DNA of 64,000 bases, from the NCBI GenBank assembly GCA_965153355.1, contig OZ231126.1, positions 15,066,001 to 15,130,000 on the forward strand, written 5' to 3'. Of the stretch, positions 19,717 through 31,489 are shown one piece after another (position 1 is the stretch's first letter; each line of letters begins with the position of its first letter). Origin of the DNA: Flaccisagitta enflata. Taxonomy: Eukaryota. Made by a program: the position numbers and the translations under genes. The notes under the pieces are model-generated. The model worked only from the letters and a program-made list of their open reading frames with translations, was not told the DNA's origin and did not search any database.

Positions 19717-20051
19717 CCGTATTTTCTCTAAAAAGCGCCCCGGGCGCTTTTGAAATTGAAATATGACTTTGCTTTTTAACCCTCCAAAAAGCGCCCCCTT
19801 TGTAATGTAGATAAACTGTTATTCAATCCATCTTTTTCATAAAAGGCAATCAAAATGCTAAATTTGACTTGAAATAGAGATATTCATTGCATATATCTGT
19901 TAGAAAGTCAGTGAAAATAGCTCATTGTGTTGTGTCTTTACATCATTTTGCTTTGTACTTCTATGCATATATTCTCTGAAGAGTGTGACAGTAAGAAAAA
20001 AAATGGGGGGGGCGCTTTTTGGAGGGGGGGCGCTTTATGGAGAAAATACGG
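19717..20051. mobile_element. pogo/Tigger-like MITE in the right foldback arm
   Basis: TIR CCGTATTTTCTC, TA TSD; the empty site CAATTAGGCTCAA is seen in the left arm. Confidence 0.88.
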
Positions 20052-21580
20052 TAGGCTCAATTTGGGCTCATTTTAAAGAGCTGTGTCTCCTCTTTAAAAT
20101 GAGCCCAAGTTGAGGTCAATTTGTTGATTTGTTAAGGAGATAAATGCGTTAGAAGTTACCTTGTTCTGATGGTAAAGGCCTAAAATAACATCAACTTTGG
20201 AGGACTGTAGCTCCTAAACAAATTGAGCAATTAAGCTCAATTTGGGCTCATTTTAAAGAGCTGTGTCTCCTCTTTAAAATGAGCCCAAGTTGAGGTCAAT
20301 TTGTTGATTCGTTTAGGAAATAAATGCTATAGAACTTACCTTGTTTTGATGGTAAAGGCTTAAAAAAACATCAACTTCGGAGGACTGTAGCTCCTAAACG
20401 AATCGAGCAATTAAGCTCAATTTGGGCTCATTTTAAAGAGCTGAGTCTCCTCTTTAAAATGAGCCCAAGTTGAGGTCAATTTGTTGATTCGTTTAGGAGA
20501 TAAATGCTTAAGAAGTTACCTTGTTCTGATGGTAAAGGATGAAAATGGCCTGTACCACCCACCCACAAAAAAATTGAAATTTAAAAAAATTTTGTCCTGG
20601 AAAAATTTTGCAATCAATTGCCATGGATCCCACATGGGCTTGACCAACAGAAACCACAATAAAAGTTCAAGTACTCCTAGTTTAAACCTAGCGGTCGTTG
20701 GATGCCCTAGTGTTAAAGGTTCCTGGTTCGAATCCCAGACTGGTTTTGCAATAAAAGCAAATAGATGAAACTGAAATTCTGCCATAAAAGTGATTGATCC
20801 TAATATTTTATACTAAAAGTTTTTTTGTAAGGTAAGCCGTAGGAGGATGCCATACCCCATCGTCAACCCCTTAGGGTTTATACATTACACCAGCAAAATA
20901 TCAGTCCCCTCATTGTACTGATGCTCAGGTTATGAGCTCCCCCGTATTTCCAAGTCTAGACGACATCTACTGTAGTTTTCAAGCTAAATGTGCAGCTCGC
21001 TGGGATGGGTTAAAACCTATGTCTCCAGTTGTTCTTTTTTCTTTTTACTTCGGTTCTGAATTCTTAACTCTTAAGCAAGAAATTCCTTTGTCTTATTGTA
21101 ACTAGATTTCCTAACTTTCCACAATAAGAGTGTCTTTACTACATTTAACTTTTAAGCAATAAGTACAAAAACATCTAATCAAATAGAGTATCAAAAAGTA
21201 GTAGATTATGAAGAGCGAACAAATTCGACATTCAATGAAGGACTTCAATGTGCAAGTTCCGTATTACAATATAGACTAGCATTTGACATACATCTTTGTA
21301 AGTACAATTTTTTTCATATGTAAAAAAAGGCGGGCGATAGGGAGAAAGTTTCCGTTAAAGAACAGTAAAGATATTCCGGCAATTCCAGTAATTGTGGGTA
21401 CTTAAATCGTATCGACACATGGGTCAAAAGTTGGTGGAGAAAAATGTCGAGGAAGTGGAAAATGAAGGTAACTTCACTATTGATGATCAAATTCAACAAA
21501 TTTTCATTCTACATCATCGCGCCAGAAATCGTCGTTGATAATCATGCGTATGTCGTGTCAAACAACAGATGTCATATCAT

Positions 21581-24500
21581 TCATGAATATTGACTTCTAG
21601 GGGGTCGATGAGATGACACAGATGAAAGTACCTCGATGGCATCGATAGGCATGATGGAAGGTGCAGTGACTCTTTCACTTAAGATATCATCTAAACTGTC
21701 CAAATAATTTCTGCTGCGACGACCAGCACTTGGCGCGGGCTCAGGTTCAACGTCATAAATTTGGCTTTGTGTGTTCAGCTTGTATACCCAAAAATACATT
21801 TCATCATCGCCGTTGCATTGGAAGAGATGCGTGCGACCATTGGGCCATCTCAGACTAAAAACGTGCTTTTTCCGAAAGTTTTGCAAAGGTCTAGCCTCCG
21901 CCCCCGAGAGATCTAATTTCGGTTCTTTGTTGAAAAAAATCTCCGGATGCTTTTCATACGATTTTTCATCTTTGTAAAAAGCAAGTTGGTTTCCATCGAG
22001 CACACAAAAAAGACGATCCCACGATCTGCTATCGGCCATCTTGGAAGCTGACGCCCATTTTTGCTTACGGGTCAAATATCCTTGAAAATGCTCCTCGAGC
22101 CAATCTGGCGGAGGCCGGTTTGGAATGACTTGAATCGCGTCGTGAGAGGTGAGATCATCGGGTTCCGAGGGATTCTTTAAATGGACCAGCTGATTGCGTA
22201 TGTTTTGATTGATGCTGCTCATCCATTCTTCTCGAGACTTGTCATCTCCGGCGTCAAACAAATACTCGGCGCCATTCAGCAACTCCAATCGGAATATATT
22301 TTTGTGCACCGGTTCTGATGACATACCATACGCCCTGCAGTTGGCACCAAGGAGGTTCACGGGTCGTTCCTTGTTAAAATAGGCCTTGGAGCTTTCCCCA
22401 AACGTCTTCTCATCTTTGTAGAAGTAAAGGCGGCCTTTCCTCAAGATGCAGTAGATTTTTCTCCAAGCCCTGTCATCGGCCAAACGATCGGCCCTTTTGT
22501 ACTTGACTTTCCGCGTGAGATAACCCTGAAACTCGATGTCTTCGATTTGGGATCCTGAAGACGACTTGTAACTCGAGTCATCGGTTTGGGCAGATGCTAA
22601 TGATAGGGTACTCATTTCTTGAGTGATTCTGTCAACCTTTAAAAAATCCGGTATCACTTCGCCCTGCGAGCCCGGCTTGTCCGGTTTCAGAGCGGCACCC
22701 GTCCTCATATCTTGTGATTCAAATGGAGACTCATCACTTTCTGTTACAACCACATCAACTGAGAGATTACTTTTATCAACCTCTGATGCGACGGAATTAT
22801 CCAAGTCGTCGCTGGATGAGTCTTGTAGTAATTTTGGATGGGTCATATCATCCACATCGCTGCCTTCACTTTCGGATTTGGTCGGGTGATCTCTTAGGAA
22901 CAGTTTCCCTTCCAATGTCTTTGCGAGAGTGTTGACAAGATTTCCTTGCGTTGGATGATTGGGAGCAACGTCTGTCGTGTCCACCTTAGTTCCCAGATTT
23001 TCATCATCTTCATCCTTTTTATCATCTTCATCCTTTTTATCATCTTCATCATCTTCGGTCATGCTTCGACGAATCTTTTCAAACAATTGTGAATTTCTCA
23101 TTTCACCAATGACCAGACTCATCCTGTCCTGACGGTCCTCCGGATTTGAGGACAAATTCGGATTTCCTTGTCCATCATTCTCAAAGGCACCTTCCTCGCT
23201 CAAGTTACAAAGATGTTCAAATTTGCTATCTTTTTTCATTTCATCCAAAAGCCCAGTTAATCGAGATGCTTGCTTCTCGTAGGATTTTGCTCGCAGAGTA
23301 ACGGGGTTTTCATCGGTATCAAGATTTTCACTCTCGATGAGAGACTGACTTCTACTGCGCATCTTCAAAAAATTTTCAAACCCACTCGGAGATAAGGGTG
23401 GTGGTGGAGGTGGAGACGAAATGCACTCGTTTTTAACGGAGCTTTCATAGTCGGTTCTGCCAGTCGAATCATCTAAGGCGGCATTTCTTCTTACATCGCC
23501 ATTTTTACATTCTGCGCCAACGCCATCATTAGCCTCTACAGAGACAGTTCCTTTGTCACCAGCAATACTTTGCTCAATGCATATTGCCTCATCCGAATTT
23601 ATGAGGCCTAAAAGTGCTGATTTGCTTTCTTGACCTTTGGCAATGCTCTCCTCCCCTGTCACGCCCGTTTGATTGGAATTACCAATGCTGGCAGGTTTAG
23701 TTTCCATAATATAGCTCTGATTTTCCGTTTCATTTGGGCTTTTGGCGAACACAGAATTACCAGAGGTTCTATCCAATTTATCATCAATGTCTCTCAGATC
23801 AGAAAAATCAAAATCAAAGCTTTCGTCTTGTTGCATTTCGAGTTTGCCAGGTTTTCTGTAAGTTTCATCCAGATTTGATACAAGTTCTTTGGTCTGCTTC
23901 TGACGTCTGATATCTCTCTTGGTGGAAACGGGGACTTTTACTGAGCTTTGGTCTTTATGATCATCAAATCCCCAGAGAGCATCGGTTGCTGATGCTGATG
24001 GTGTATTTACAGTTGTGTCACTTAGGTTTTCAGGCATTAATGGAGCTGGGTATGCCCCAACGATTATTTTGCTCTGCCACCTCTTCAAATTGTTCTCATC
24101 AGAGCATTGAAGCAAATACTCTGCGCCTCCATACAAAGTTAATCGTAAAACATACCTCCTCTTGGTGTAATCAAAGGCCTTGTCGCACTTAGCATCAGTC
24201 AGATCAATTGGAGCTTCATTGTTGTATAAGCTGTCTCTTTTGGTTCGTGCGCACTTTTTATCCTTGTAAAAACGCAAGTATTTGCCATGAACCACAGCAT
24301 AGAGGCGTTCCCAAGTTCGATTTTGAGATCGTTTGTTGAAATTAAGTTTCTCTTGTTTGCGATTTAACAAGCCTTCAAAATGAACTGTAGTAATTGATTT
24401 TTCCATGACCTTGGGAGATACTGTTTCTCTGTTTTCAGGCAAAGGCTTTCTTTCTTCTACAATCAACATTGACGGCTCCATCTCCCAATCCAACTGTTGA

Positions 24501-27500
24501 CTGACAGGACTTGTGTGTAGCGTTGATAAGCCCTCGGTTAATTCAGTAACATATGTTAAATCTGATAGTGCAGGTTCAACATCTAAGCAACTGACATCAA
24601 CTGCTAGTTCGTCTAGTTTTGATTTGGAATCAAATGAACTGCCACAGGATGGACCAAGCATGGAAACTTCTGCTGTAAAACTAGACGACAAATTATGATT
24701 GGAGTGTACACTAGAACTCATGTCGAGACGCTCATGTGTATTGCCAATAGAATCGGCATGTTCATCCTCAGCATTGATAAGGGTGCTGTCTTGAGAATCA
24801 TCCGTAATTTCAGTTGTAGGCACACTTGAAATTGTCAACTGATCTAACGTATTTGAACAATCTGCGATGGTTGATGCATCTAGTGTCCTCTCACAGACAG
24901 GCAATGAATCATTTTGAGTGCTAGTAAGAGGACCGGGAATGATGGAGGAGTTATCCCATAAACTAGTATCAGGTGTACTGCTACTGACATCAATGACGTG
25001 ACTGTCAGATTCCTCATGCAAATCAACTCCATCTACTATTTTGCATTTCCGTTTTTGAAGGTGTAATGCTTTATTGGCCTCTTCCACTACTGCATCATAA
25101 GCAAGATTAATGGAATTTTGACTACCATGGCCATTGCAAACTGTTTCCTTTGCTGTTTTACTTTTCTTTTTCATAGTTATTACGACAACTTTTTTTGTCT
25201 TTGGGGCGTCAGGGTCCTTGAAATTATCAGTATCAATGTTGTCCCTTGCATCTGCAAAAACAGAGGATTTGTCTTCTGGTAGCTCAGTGAAAGAAAGGCT
25301 AGTCTCATTGAGGGTTTCATAGCCCAACTCTTTCCTCACAACAGAGCCTACAACAGAAAGGAGCTCCTTGGAGTGAGAATTTCTAAGAGATGTTACTGAA
25401 CCATCTCCTAAATTTTCCATTTCATCAGATGGAGGGCAACAAAAATCTGACTGAACGATTTCCATATCCTCACCCACTTCTTTAATAACAGATTTGGAAA
25501 CATCTTCAGAAGGCATTTCTTCATTATCGCCAGTTATTGAATCATCTATTGCATCGTCAGTTTTTGAATTGTCTATTGTATCTGACAAGTAAGATGTTTC
25601 TTCTATTTTAATAGAATTATCAACATGCTGTGTGCCTTCATCCACAACTTGGTCTTTCAGCACTTCTTTCGATGTGAGATCTTCCTCTTCATTCAGGTAA
25701 TCAACTGACTCAATTGAAGAGATATGGTCAGTAAAACCCGGTTTCATTTGGGACAGGCCAGAAGATGCGTCCGATTCTGGATTCACTTCATCAGATGCCA
25801 AGTTCACTCCAAGCTCGAGGGTTGCTTCACTGCTACATTGATCTTCCATAGTCGACAGACTATCGTTGCTGCCAACTGAAATTTCAGATATTGACTCACT
25901 AGACTTGGCTTTCTTTTTCACTACAATTTTCTTCCGAGATTTCCTTAAAAGTCGATCACGACATAGGGACTGATTTAAGAAATCTTTTTCAGCAAAACAA
26001 CCATCACCATTGGTACTTCCTTCCAAGGCAGAGTGATCATGCTTAGAGGCGTCATTGACATTCACTTCAGAAGGGACACCGGAATCACAGGAACTATCAA
26101 GGACCTCAACTTTGTTGCTAGTAAGAGGTTTGTCCACGGATTTTTCACCGCTATCTGCTGATTTCATTGATATGACTACCACCTTGGTGGTTCCCTCGGG
26201 CGTTCTTACAACCACTTTCACTTTCTTTTTATCTTTGCTATCACTGCGCGCAAGCTTGCCTTTTTTGCTATCACTACGCACAACCTTTTCTCCTTTGATG
26301 TTATTGCTATTTTCAACCTCATTCCAACTTTCATTACGTTCAACTTTCTTACCTTTGTCCTCATGGCAAGCATTGGCCTTATAACTGTCATCATGCAAAA
26401 CACTCAACAGTTTGGAGCTATCAAGTCTAGAAGCATTCTCTTTGTTGGAGCAAGCAATGATTGTGACTTCCTTTTCCTCATCATTATTTCTTAGAACGTC
26501 TGTTGAACAAGAACCTCCTTCAGCAATCACTTTCTTGCTATCACTACTTCCAGATCTGTCTTTTTCACTGCTGCTGCGTTCAACTTTTTTCCTTTTACTG
26601 TTACTGCGCCCTACTTTCTCTTTTTTACTATCACCTCGTCCAAGTTTCTCCTTTTTACTATCACTGCGTCCAAGTGTCTCCTTTTTACTATCACTGCGTC
26701 CAAGTGCCTCCTTTTCAGAATCACTGATTCCAACTTTCTCCCTCTTGCTGTTATTACGATCCACCTTCTCCCTTTTGCTTTTGCGACGTACAACTTTTTT
26801 GTTTTCAGGCATGTCTTCCTCTTTGTCACCATTGTATGCCAAATTGTTTGTAGCGTCATGTAATACAACTTTCTCTTTCTTGCTGCCCTTCTGTGCATTT
26901 TTGATCTTTATAGTAAGCTTCTTTTTTTCACGAATGGAGGGACTTTGCTCCTTACTGGTCTCCAAACAATTGCTTGTACTCTCTGGTTCATCATGATTGT
27001 CTTGAGGTGGCGCAGAATCCTCCTTGAGCGGTGCACACTTGCTAGAAGCGGCATCTTCAAAAAATTTTACTCGATCTTTGAATGATGATTTTGCATTTTC
27101 ATCTTGTGGTACTGAAGATTTATCATGCAAAATCTTATTCATGGAGGATATCAGACTTTGGACACTGACTTCAGAGCTAGTCACCTCCTCCTTCAGAGTA
27201 GAGCGTTGTTTTATCACAGGTTTCAAATTTGTTGTATCATTTTTCAGACTATCCTGGATGTAATAATGTAAAGACTCCATCATGGCTTTAGTAGTTGACT
27301 GGATACTCTTTATTATGGCGGCAGTTCCTATCTTATAAACCCAAAAACGCATTTCAATGTCATCCCTTGCCTGGATAAGGTACTCTCTTCCATTCAATAA
27401 TCTTAACTGAAATAATCCAGAATATCCGCATGACTGAGGAAATATCTCACACTCCGCCTCAGACAAATCAATTGATAAATCAGGCGCTATATGATGTTCA

Positions 27501-29140
27501 CTATTGGCTGGAGGTGCTTTGTCTTTAAACAAAATCATCAATGTCCCGCGAACCAAACAAAACACTTTACAGTATGTTTTCTTTTCTACCTCTCTCAAAA
27601 GGGTTCCTTCAAAGTACCGCTCCTTGCACTTCTCATTCATGTATCTTGGCTGAACTAGACTAAGGTCCACTTGCTTGCGGACTTCATCGGTTCTCTTTGG
27701 TTTAAAATCGCTCTTGTCATTTTCATCAACGATCTCATTCATATGTGGGCCCTTATGGACAACTACTTTTTTGGTAATTATCTCCTCCGTCACAATTTCT
27801 TCAGTAATGATAGTCTTAGACAAAACTTTTGTGCCAAACAGCTGTTTTAAAGGAACATTTTGCGCCGCACTCAAGTCTGCTGACTGTCCAGCATCTGAAA
27901 TAACCAACCCCCCAGTTGTGGATTCTTTTTCAAATGCTAGCACATTTTCTGGGGAAACATTTTCATCAAATTTTTCACATAATTTTTCATCCATTGTGGG
28001 GGAAACATCGACAGATTGTTGTTGCGCAGGTTCTTGGCTGATACTCGTAATTTCAGCCTCATCCAACGCACATTTCACATCAACACATACTTCTTCAGAT
28101 TTTTCCTTTTCAGCATGGTGAGACTCACTTTCCGATTCACCACCACTGATTCCGTCTTTGTCCTTACTCGACCAACTGCTGTCATCACCGTCGTCTTCGT
28201 CGTCGTCTTCTTCATATTCCTCCTCATCCACCTCGGGTATGGACGCTAAACTTGAACTATGTTCCGACCTACCGCGCCGAGGGCTCGCAACAATGGGTGA
28301 AACAGATTCGATGACCGCCTTTTGCGAGAGCTTCGGCTGCTCAAAGTCGTATTCATTTTCTGACGACGCATCGTCAGAGCTCTCGTCTTCGTCGTCGTCA
28401 TCGTCATAATCACTTTCATCACTCTCATCTGAATCGAAAACTTGGTTCGATTGGGGCGAGGCATTTCTTCCTGCAAAACTGATATCTTCTAAAGACGACA
28501 AATTGTGCATGGATCGGCTTAAATTGGGGTTTGAGATCATTATGTCGGCCTGAGGAGAATCGTCAGCGTCGTCTGAACTGTCGAAGTCCGAGCGGCTATG
28601 ATAAGACACGTCCTCATCGGAGTTCATACTCTCCGCGGTGAAATCGTCGTTATCACTTTCCTCGTGGGATTCTGCAGATTTTGAAGTTTCATCTAACCCA
28701 CAGTCAACGGGCTCCTCCATCAAGCCTCGAGGCTCGGAGTCAATAGGGATATCCATGAGTTCGAGGCTATCCAATCTGCGAGGAGGTCGCGGAGGCGCCG
28801 GTTTCGTCGACTCAACCAAATGGTCGGATGGAGATGTAATGGAGGCGGTTGGGGGAGGAGGAGGCGCGCACCCAGGTCGACGTGGGGGAGGGCACGTGGG
28901 TCGCGATGGAGTTTTGCTTGGAGGTTTCTTTGGCACTAAGGGATTTTCGCGCTTGGGTGCGTTGTCACGCTGGTGGATTGTTTCACATTGTAAAGAATTG
29001 GGACGCGTCGTAGGATTGTCACGCTCAGGTTGTGCGGGATTGTCGCGCTTGAGTTGTGCAGAATTGTCAACTTGGTCGGATGTTTTATTTCCCTCGGAAG
29101 CGTCTTCTAATCTTTGGTTGCGCCCGCCGGTGGAGATGGT
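21581..29140 (-). CDS. 7.56-kb terminal exon (or intronless gene) encoding ~2500 aa with four beta-spectrin-type PH domains
   Basis: Uninterrupted ORF with acceptor TCAATCAG|ACC at 29140. PH domains near 27613-27330, 24379-24065, 22531-22210 and 22087-21775 carry EG.L.RK...R.W..LY......L.FYKD.K...G.EYLFQ......W motifs. Confidence 0.85.
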   Translation of the reverse strand, partial: TISTGGRNQRLEDASEGNKTSDQVDNSAQLKRDNPAQPERDNPTTRPNSLQCETIHQRDNAPKRENPLVPKKPPSKTPSRPTCPPPRRPGCAPPPPPTASITSPSDHLVESTKPAPPRPPRRLDSLELMDIPIDSEPRGLMEEPVDCGLDETSKSAESHEESDNDDFTAESMNSDEDVSYHSRSDFDSSDDADDSPQADIMISNPNLSRSMHNLSSLEDISFAGRNASPQSNQVFDSDESDESDYDDDDDEDESSDDASSENEYDFEQPKLSQKAVIESVSPIVASPRRGRSEHSSSLASIPEVDEEEYEEDDDEDDGDDSSWSSKDKDGISGGESESESHHAEKEKSEEVCVDVKCALDEAEITSISQEPAQQQSVDVSPTMDEKLCEKFDENVSPENVLAFEKESTTGGLVISDAGQSADLSAAQNVPLKQLFGTKVLSKTIITEEIVTEEIITKKVVVHKGPHMNEIVDENDKSDFKPKRTDEVRKQVDLSLVQPRYMNEKCKERYFEGTLLREVEKKTYCKVFCLVRGTLMILFKDKAPPANSEHHIAPDLSIDLSEAECEIFPQSCGYSGLFQLRLLNGREYLIQARDDIEMRFWVYKIGTAAIIKSIQSTTKAMMESLHYYIQDSLKNDTTNLKPVIKQRSTLKEEVTSSEVSVQSLISSMNKILHDKSSVPQDENAKSSFKDRVKFFEDAASSKCAPLKEDSAPPQDNHDEPESTSNCLETSKEQSPSIREKKKLTIKIKNAQKGSKKEKVVLHDATNNLAYNGDKEEDMPENKKVVRRKSKREKVDRNNSKREKVGISDSEKEALGRSDSKKETLGRSDSKKEKLGRGDSKKEKVGRSNSKRKKVERSSSEKDRSGSSDSKKVIAEGGSCSTDVLRNNDEEKEVTIIACSNKENASRLDSSKLLSVLHDDSYKANACHEDKGKKVERNESWNEVENSNNIKGEKVVRSDSKKGKLARSDSKDKKKVKVVVRTPEGTTKVVVISMKSADSGEKSVDKPLTSNKVEVLDSSCDSGVPSEVNVNDASKHDHSALEGSTNGDGCFAEKDFLNQSLCRDRLLRKSRKKIVVKKKAKSSESISEISVGSNDSLSTMEDQCSSEATLELGVNLASDEVNPESDASSGLSQMKPGFTDHISSIESVDYLNEEEDLTSKEVLKDQVVDEGTQHVDNSIKIEETSYLSDTIDNSKTDDAIDDSITGDNEEMPSEDVSKSVIKEVGEDMEIVQSDFCCPPSDEMENLGDGSVTSLRNSHSKELLSVVGSVVRKELGYETLNETSLSFTELPEDKSSVFADARDNIDTDNFKDPDAPKTKKVVVITMKKKSKTAKETVCNGHGSQNSINLAYDAVVEEANKALHLQKRKCKIVDGVDLHEESDSHVIDVSSSTPDTSLWDNSSIIPGPLTSTQNDSLPVCERTLDASTIADCSNTLDQLTISSVPTTEITDDSQDSTLINAEDEHADSIGNTHERLDMSSSVHSNHNLSSSFTAEVSMLGPSCGSSFDSKSKLDELAVDVSCLDVEPALSDLTYVTELTEGLSTLHTSPVSQQLDWEMEPSMLIVEERKPLPENRETVSPKVMEKSITTVHFEGLLNRKQEKLNFNKRSQNRTWERLYAVVHGKYLRFYKDKKCARTKRDSLYNNEAPIDLTDAKCDKAFDYTKRRYVLRLTLYGGAEYLLQCSDENNLKRWQSKIIVGAYPAPLMPENLSDTTVNTPSASATDALWGFDDHKDQSSVKVPVSTKRDIRRQKQTKELVSNLDETYRKPGKLEMQQDESFDFDFSDLRDIDDKLDRTSGNSVFAKSPNETENQSYIMETKPASIGNSNQTGVTGEESIAKGQESKSALLGLINSDEAICIEQSIAGDKGTVSVEANDGVGAECKNGDVRRNAALDDSTGRTDYESSVKNECISSPPPPPPLSPSGFENFLKMRSRSQSLIESENLDTDENPVTLRAKSYEKQASRLTGLLDEMKKDSKFEHLCNLSEEGAFENDGQGNPNLSSNPEDRQDRMSLVIGEMRNSQLFEKIRRSMTEDDEDDKKDEDDKKDEDDENLGTKVDTTDVAPNHPTQGNLVNTLAKTLEGKLFLRDHPTKSESEGSDVDDMTHPKLLQDSSSDDLDNSVASEVDKSNLSVDVVVTESDESPFESQDMRTGAALKPDKPGSQGEVIPDFLKVDRITQEMSTLSLASAQTDDSSYKSSSGSQIEDIEFQGYLTRKVKYKRADRLADDRAWRKIYCILRKGRLYFYKDEKTFGESSKAYFNKERPVNLLGANCRAYGMSSEPVHKNIFRLELLNGAEYLFDAGDDKSREEWMSSINQNIRNQLVHLKNPSEPDDLTSHDAIQVIPNRPPPDWLEEHFQGYLTRKQKWASASKMADSRSWDRLFCVLDGNQLAFYKDEKSYEKHPEIFFNKEPKLDLSGAEARPLQNFRKKHVFSLRWPNGRTHLFQCNGDDEMYFWVYKLNTQSQIYDVEPEPAPSAGRRSRNYLDSLDDILSERVTAPSIMPIDAIEVLSSVSSHRPPRSQYS

Positions 29141-29596
29141 CTGATTGACACAATATAGAGCAAATGGTGTGAGAATGCTTTTAGAATCGCACAAATAAAG
29201 AAACGACCAACGGAGAAATTCGTCCCAAAACACCAAGTCATGAAAGGAACAACAGAGGGAGACCAAATTTTTTTCTTAATTTTTAAAACTGTCCTACGCC
29301 TTGATAACACGAATAAGAATAACAAATGTAAATTAGCCGGCATGAATGCCGAAATGAATGGAATCAATCGGAAGAGCAATTTTTCAGAAAATGAGGAATT
29401 TTCTCTTTCTAATTCCACTCTTAACTAAAAACCGAAACTTCCGGTTCTCCGCACGCAAAGAGTCAGACAAAAGTTCTCATGAAATTCTCTCTCTGTTTTC
29501 GCGCCAGTTGCAGTAGTGTCATTTATTCGATGGAACGCTTTCAGGAACGGAAAGAAAAAAGCAAATGTTTGCGTCCTGCAAATTCGTTTCTGTTCT

Positions 29597-29870
29597 TTTT
29601 AGATGCGTCCTGGCATCTCTATAAGAGGGTCTGTCCGTCCGTCCTTCCGTTGGTCCGTCCGTTATGCAAGTGCAAAAACTGCCTTTCGGCTGTTTTGGTC
29701 ACAGAGATCCTGATACTGAAACAAATGATCAACCAACATGTTTTGAGAGCCTCCGTTACTACTTCGTCATTTCACCCGTCTGTTCGTCCATCTGTCTTTC
29801 TATAAATGTCACATGATCAATACATGCAGAGACACAGCCCGGACGCATCGTTCCCCGTTCGGGCTTGTTT
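29597..29870 (+). mobile_element. Short DINE-1/HINE-like repeat (second family)
   Basis: TTTAGATGCGTC...CTCTATAAGAGGGTCTGTCCGTCC...GGGCTTGTTT; reverse copy at ~37670-37795. Confidence 0.6.
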
Positions 29871-31222
29871 CTCTTAATCTTTCCGCTTCCTCGATTTATT
29901 TCCAAATAGAGACATAATAAAAATGTTCCCTGTAACTATTGAACAGGGATATCCAATCACAAAAAGAGTCTCTTTTAAAACTAATGCATGCCTTCAAAGG
30001 TGTGAGAAGATTTAATTTCAAGATGATATCAATAATCTTTCAAATATGAAATCCATTCATCTTCTGTATCAGCTGGGACCTTTTCTCTTTCCCAAAATAG
30101 CAGAATTCCGGGTCCGTATTACAAACGTTTAAGAAGTTTGTATTTGTCAAAGTGAGCTTCCTTTTTGCAAAAATGCTCTTATAGACTGTTGCCCCCAAGG
30201 GGCCTAGTTCTTCTTCTTCTTCTTCTTCTTCTTCTTCTTCTTCTTCTTCTTCTTCTTCTTCTTCTTTCTCTTTATCTTCTTCATCTTCTTCTTCTGTTTC
30301 TTTTTCTTCTTCTTCTTCTTCTTCTTCTTCAAGGCTCAAATCCCAGCCTCAAGGCCCAAATCCCAGCTTCAAGGCCCATATCCTACACCTCAAGGCACAA
30401 ATCCAAGGCTTAAGACTCAATTCAAAGCCTTGAACCCAAATCAAAGCCTTGAACCTAAATCCCACCCTCTAAGCCAATATTCTAACCTTCATGCCCAAAC
30501 CCCTGCCTTTAGGCTCAAATCTTATACTCCAAGACTAAAATCCCAGTGTTAAGCATAGGTCATCGGGTCCTTCTGTGGCTTGCTGACTGATATCAAGCCT
30601 TGACACCCATAACCCAGCCCAAAGGTTCAAATCACACACTTACTAGAACAGCATAAGTCATCAACCCTTTCACGGCCACTGCCCCTATCACCACACATCC
30701 ACAAACACTCGCATAGGGGCAATGGGTACCACTGACCATCTAACCCTTTTGAGACTATTTATTTTTTGGTTTTTTTTTTAGCAATTTGAGCATACAGCTC
30801 CTGCCCCAAAAGACCAATGTCCTGTTGAACACAGGGGCGAATTTTTGTACATACACTCATCCTTCTGTATGAGCCCCCCTCCCACCATGAGGACTACTGA
30901 ATCATGATTTACAGCAACAACAACAACAACAACAACAACAACATGGAATATCAGGTTGATATCAGGTTGATATGTCGTGTCAAATCATAAAAAAATTTGT
31001 GTCTAGAAAGTAGGTGATCTTGACAGTAGATAACTGTGATGATATCATAGAAAGGCTAGGAAAGCCCTCTCCAAACAACTCCAAACAACTCCAGCTCCAA
31101 CTGGCTGTTGTATGATTTGGAATATAATTGAGCGATGTGATATCACAGCTGTAGTATCATGGTGATTTTTAACGGGCCAAATCACAGCCGCTACAGTGAG
31201 ACGACCACAAGTGGCTCTATCT

Positions 31223-31331
<109 letters not shown>

Positions 31332-31489
31332 CGCTCTCTCTCTCGTTCACATTTCTCACTCATTCACTCACACTAAATCGTTTTTTTTTTTTAAGGTTTA
31401 CTCATTACTCTTTCCGTAACGCTTTGCTGCTTTTTGTCTGCTTATTCATCTGCTACAGAATTATAATCGCTTCGCTTTTGTTGCCTTTT

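Larger units (their letters stand above)
15503..20712. mobile_element. Non-autonomous piggyBac-like foldback element with kb-long inverted arms
   Basis: TTAA|CACTAGGGCATCC ... GGATGCCCTAGTG|TTAA. Arms 15503-~17660 and ~18872-20712 are reverse complements apart from arm-specific insertions, and each contains ~180-bp tandem units. Confidence 0.85.
15251..20972. mobile_element. TA-flanked MITE (~0.5 kb when emptied) containing a tRNA-like segment, split by the foldback element
   Basis: TIR CAGTAGATGTCGTCTA(T/G)ACTTGGAAATACGGGGG at both ends, TA flanks, second inverted pair near 15354 and 20850. Confidence 0.85.

Noticed and set aside
15503-20712. CACTA/EnSpm classification from CACTA termini
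   Set aside because: Flanks give a TTAA duplication rather than a matching 2-3 bp TSD
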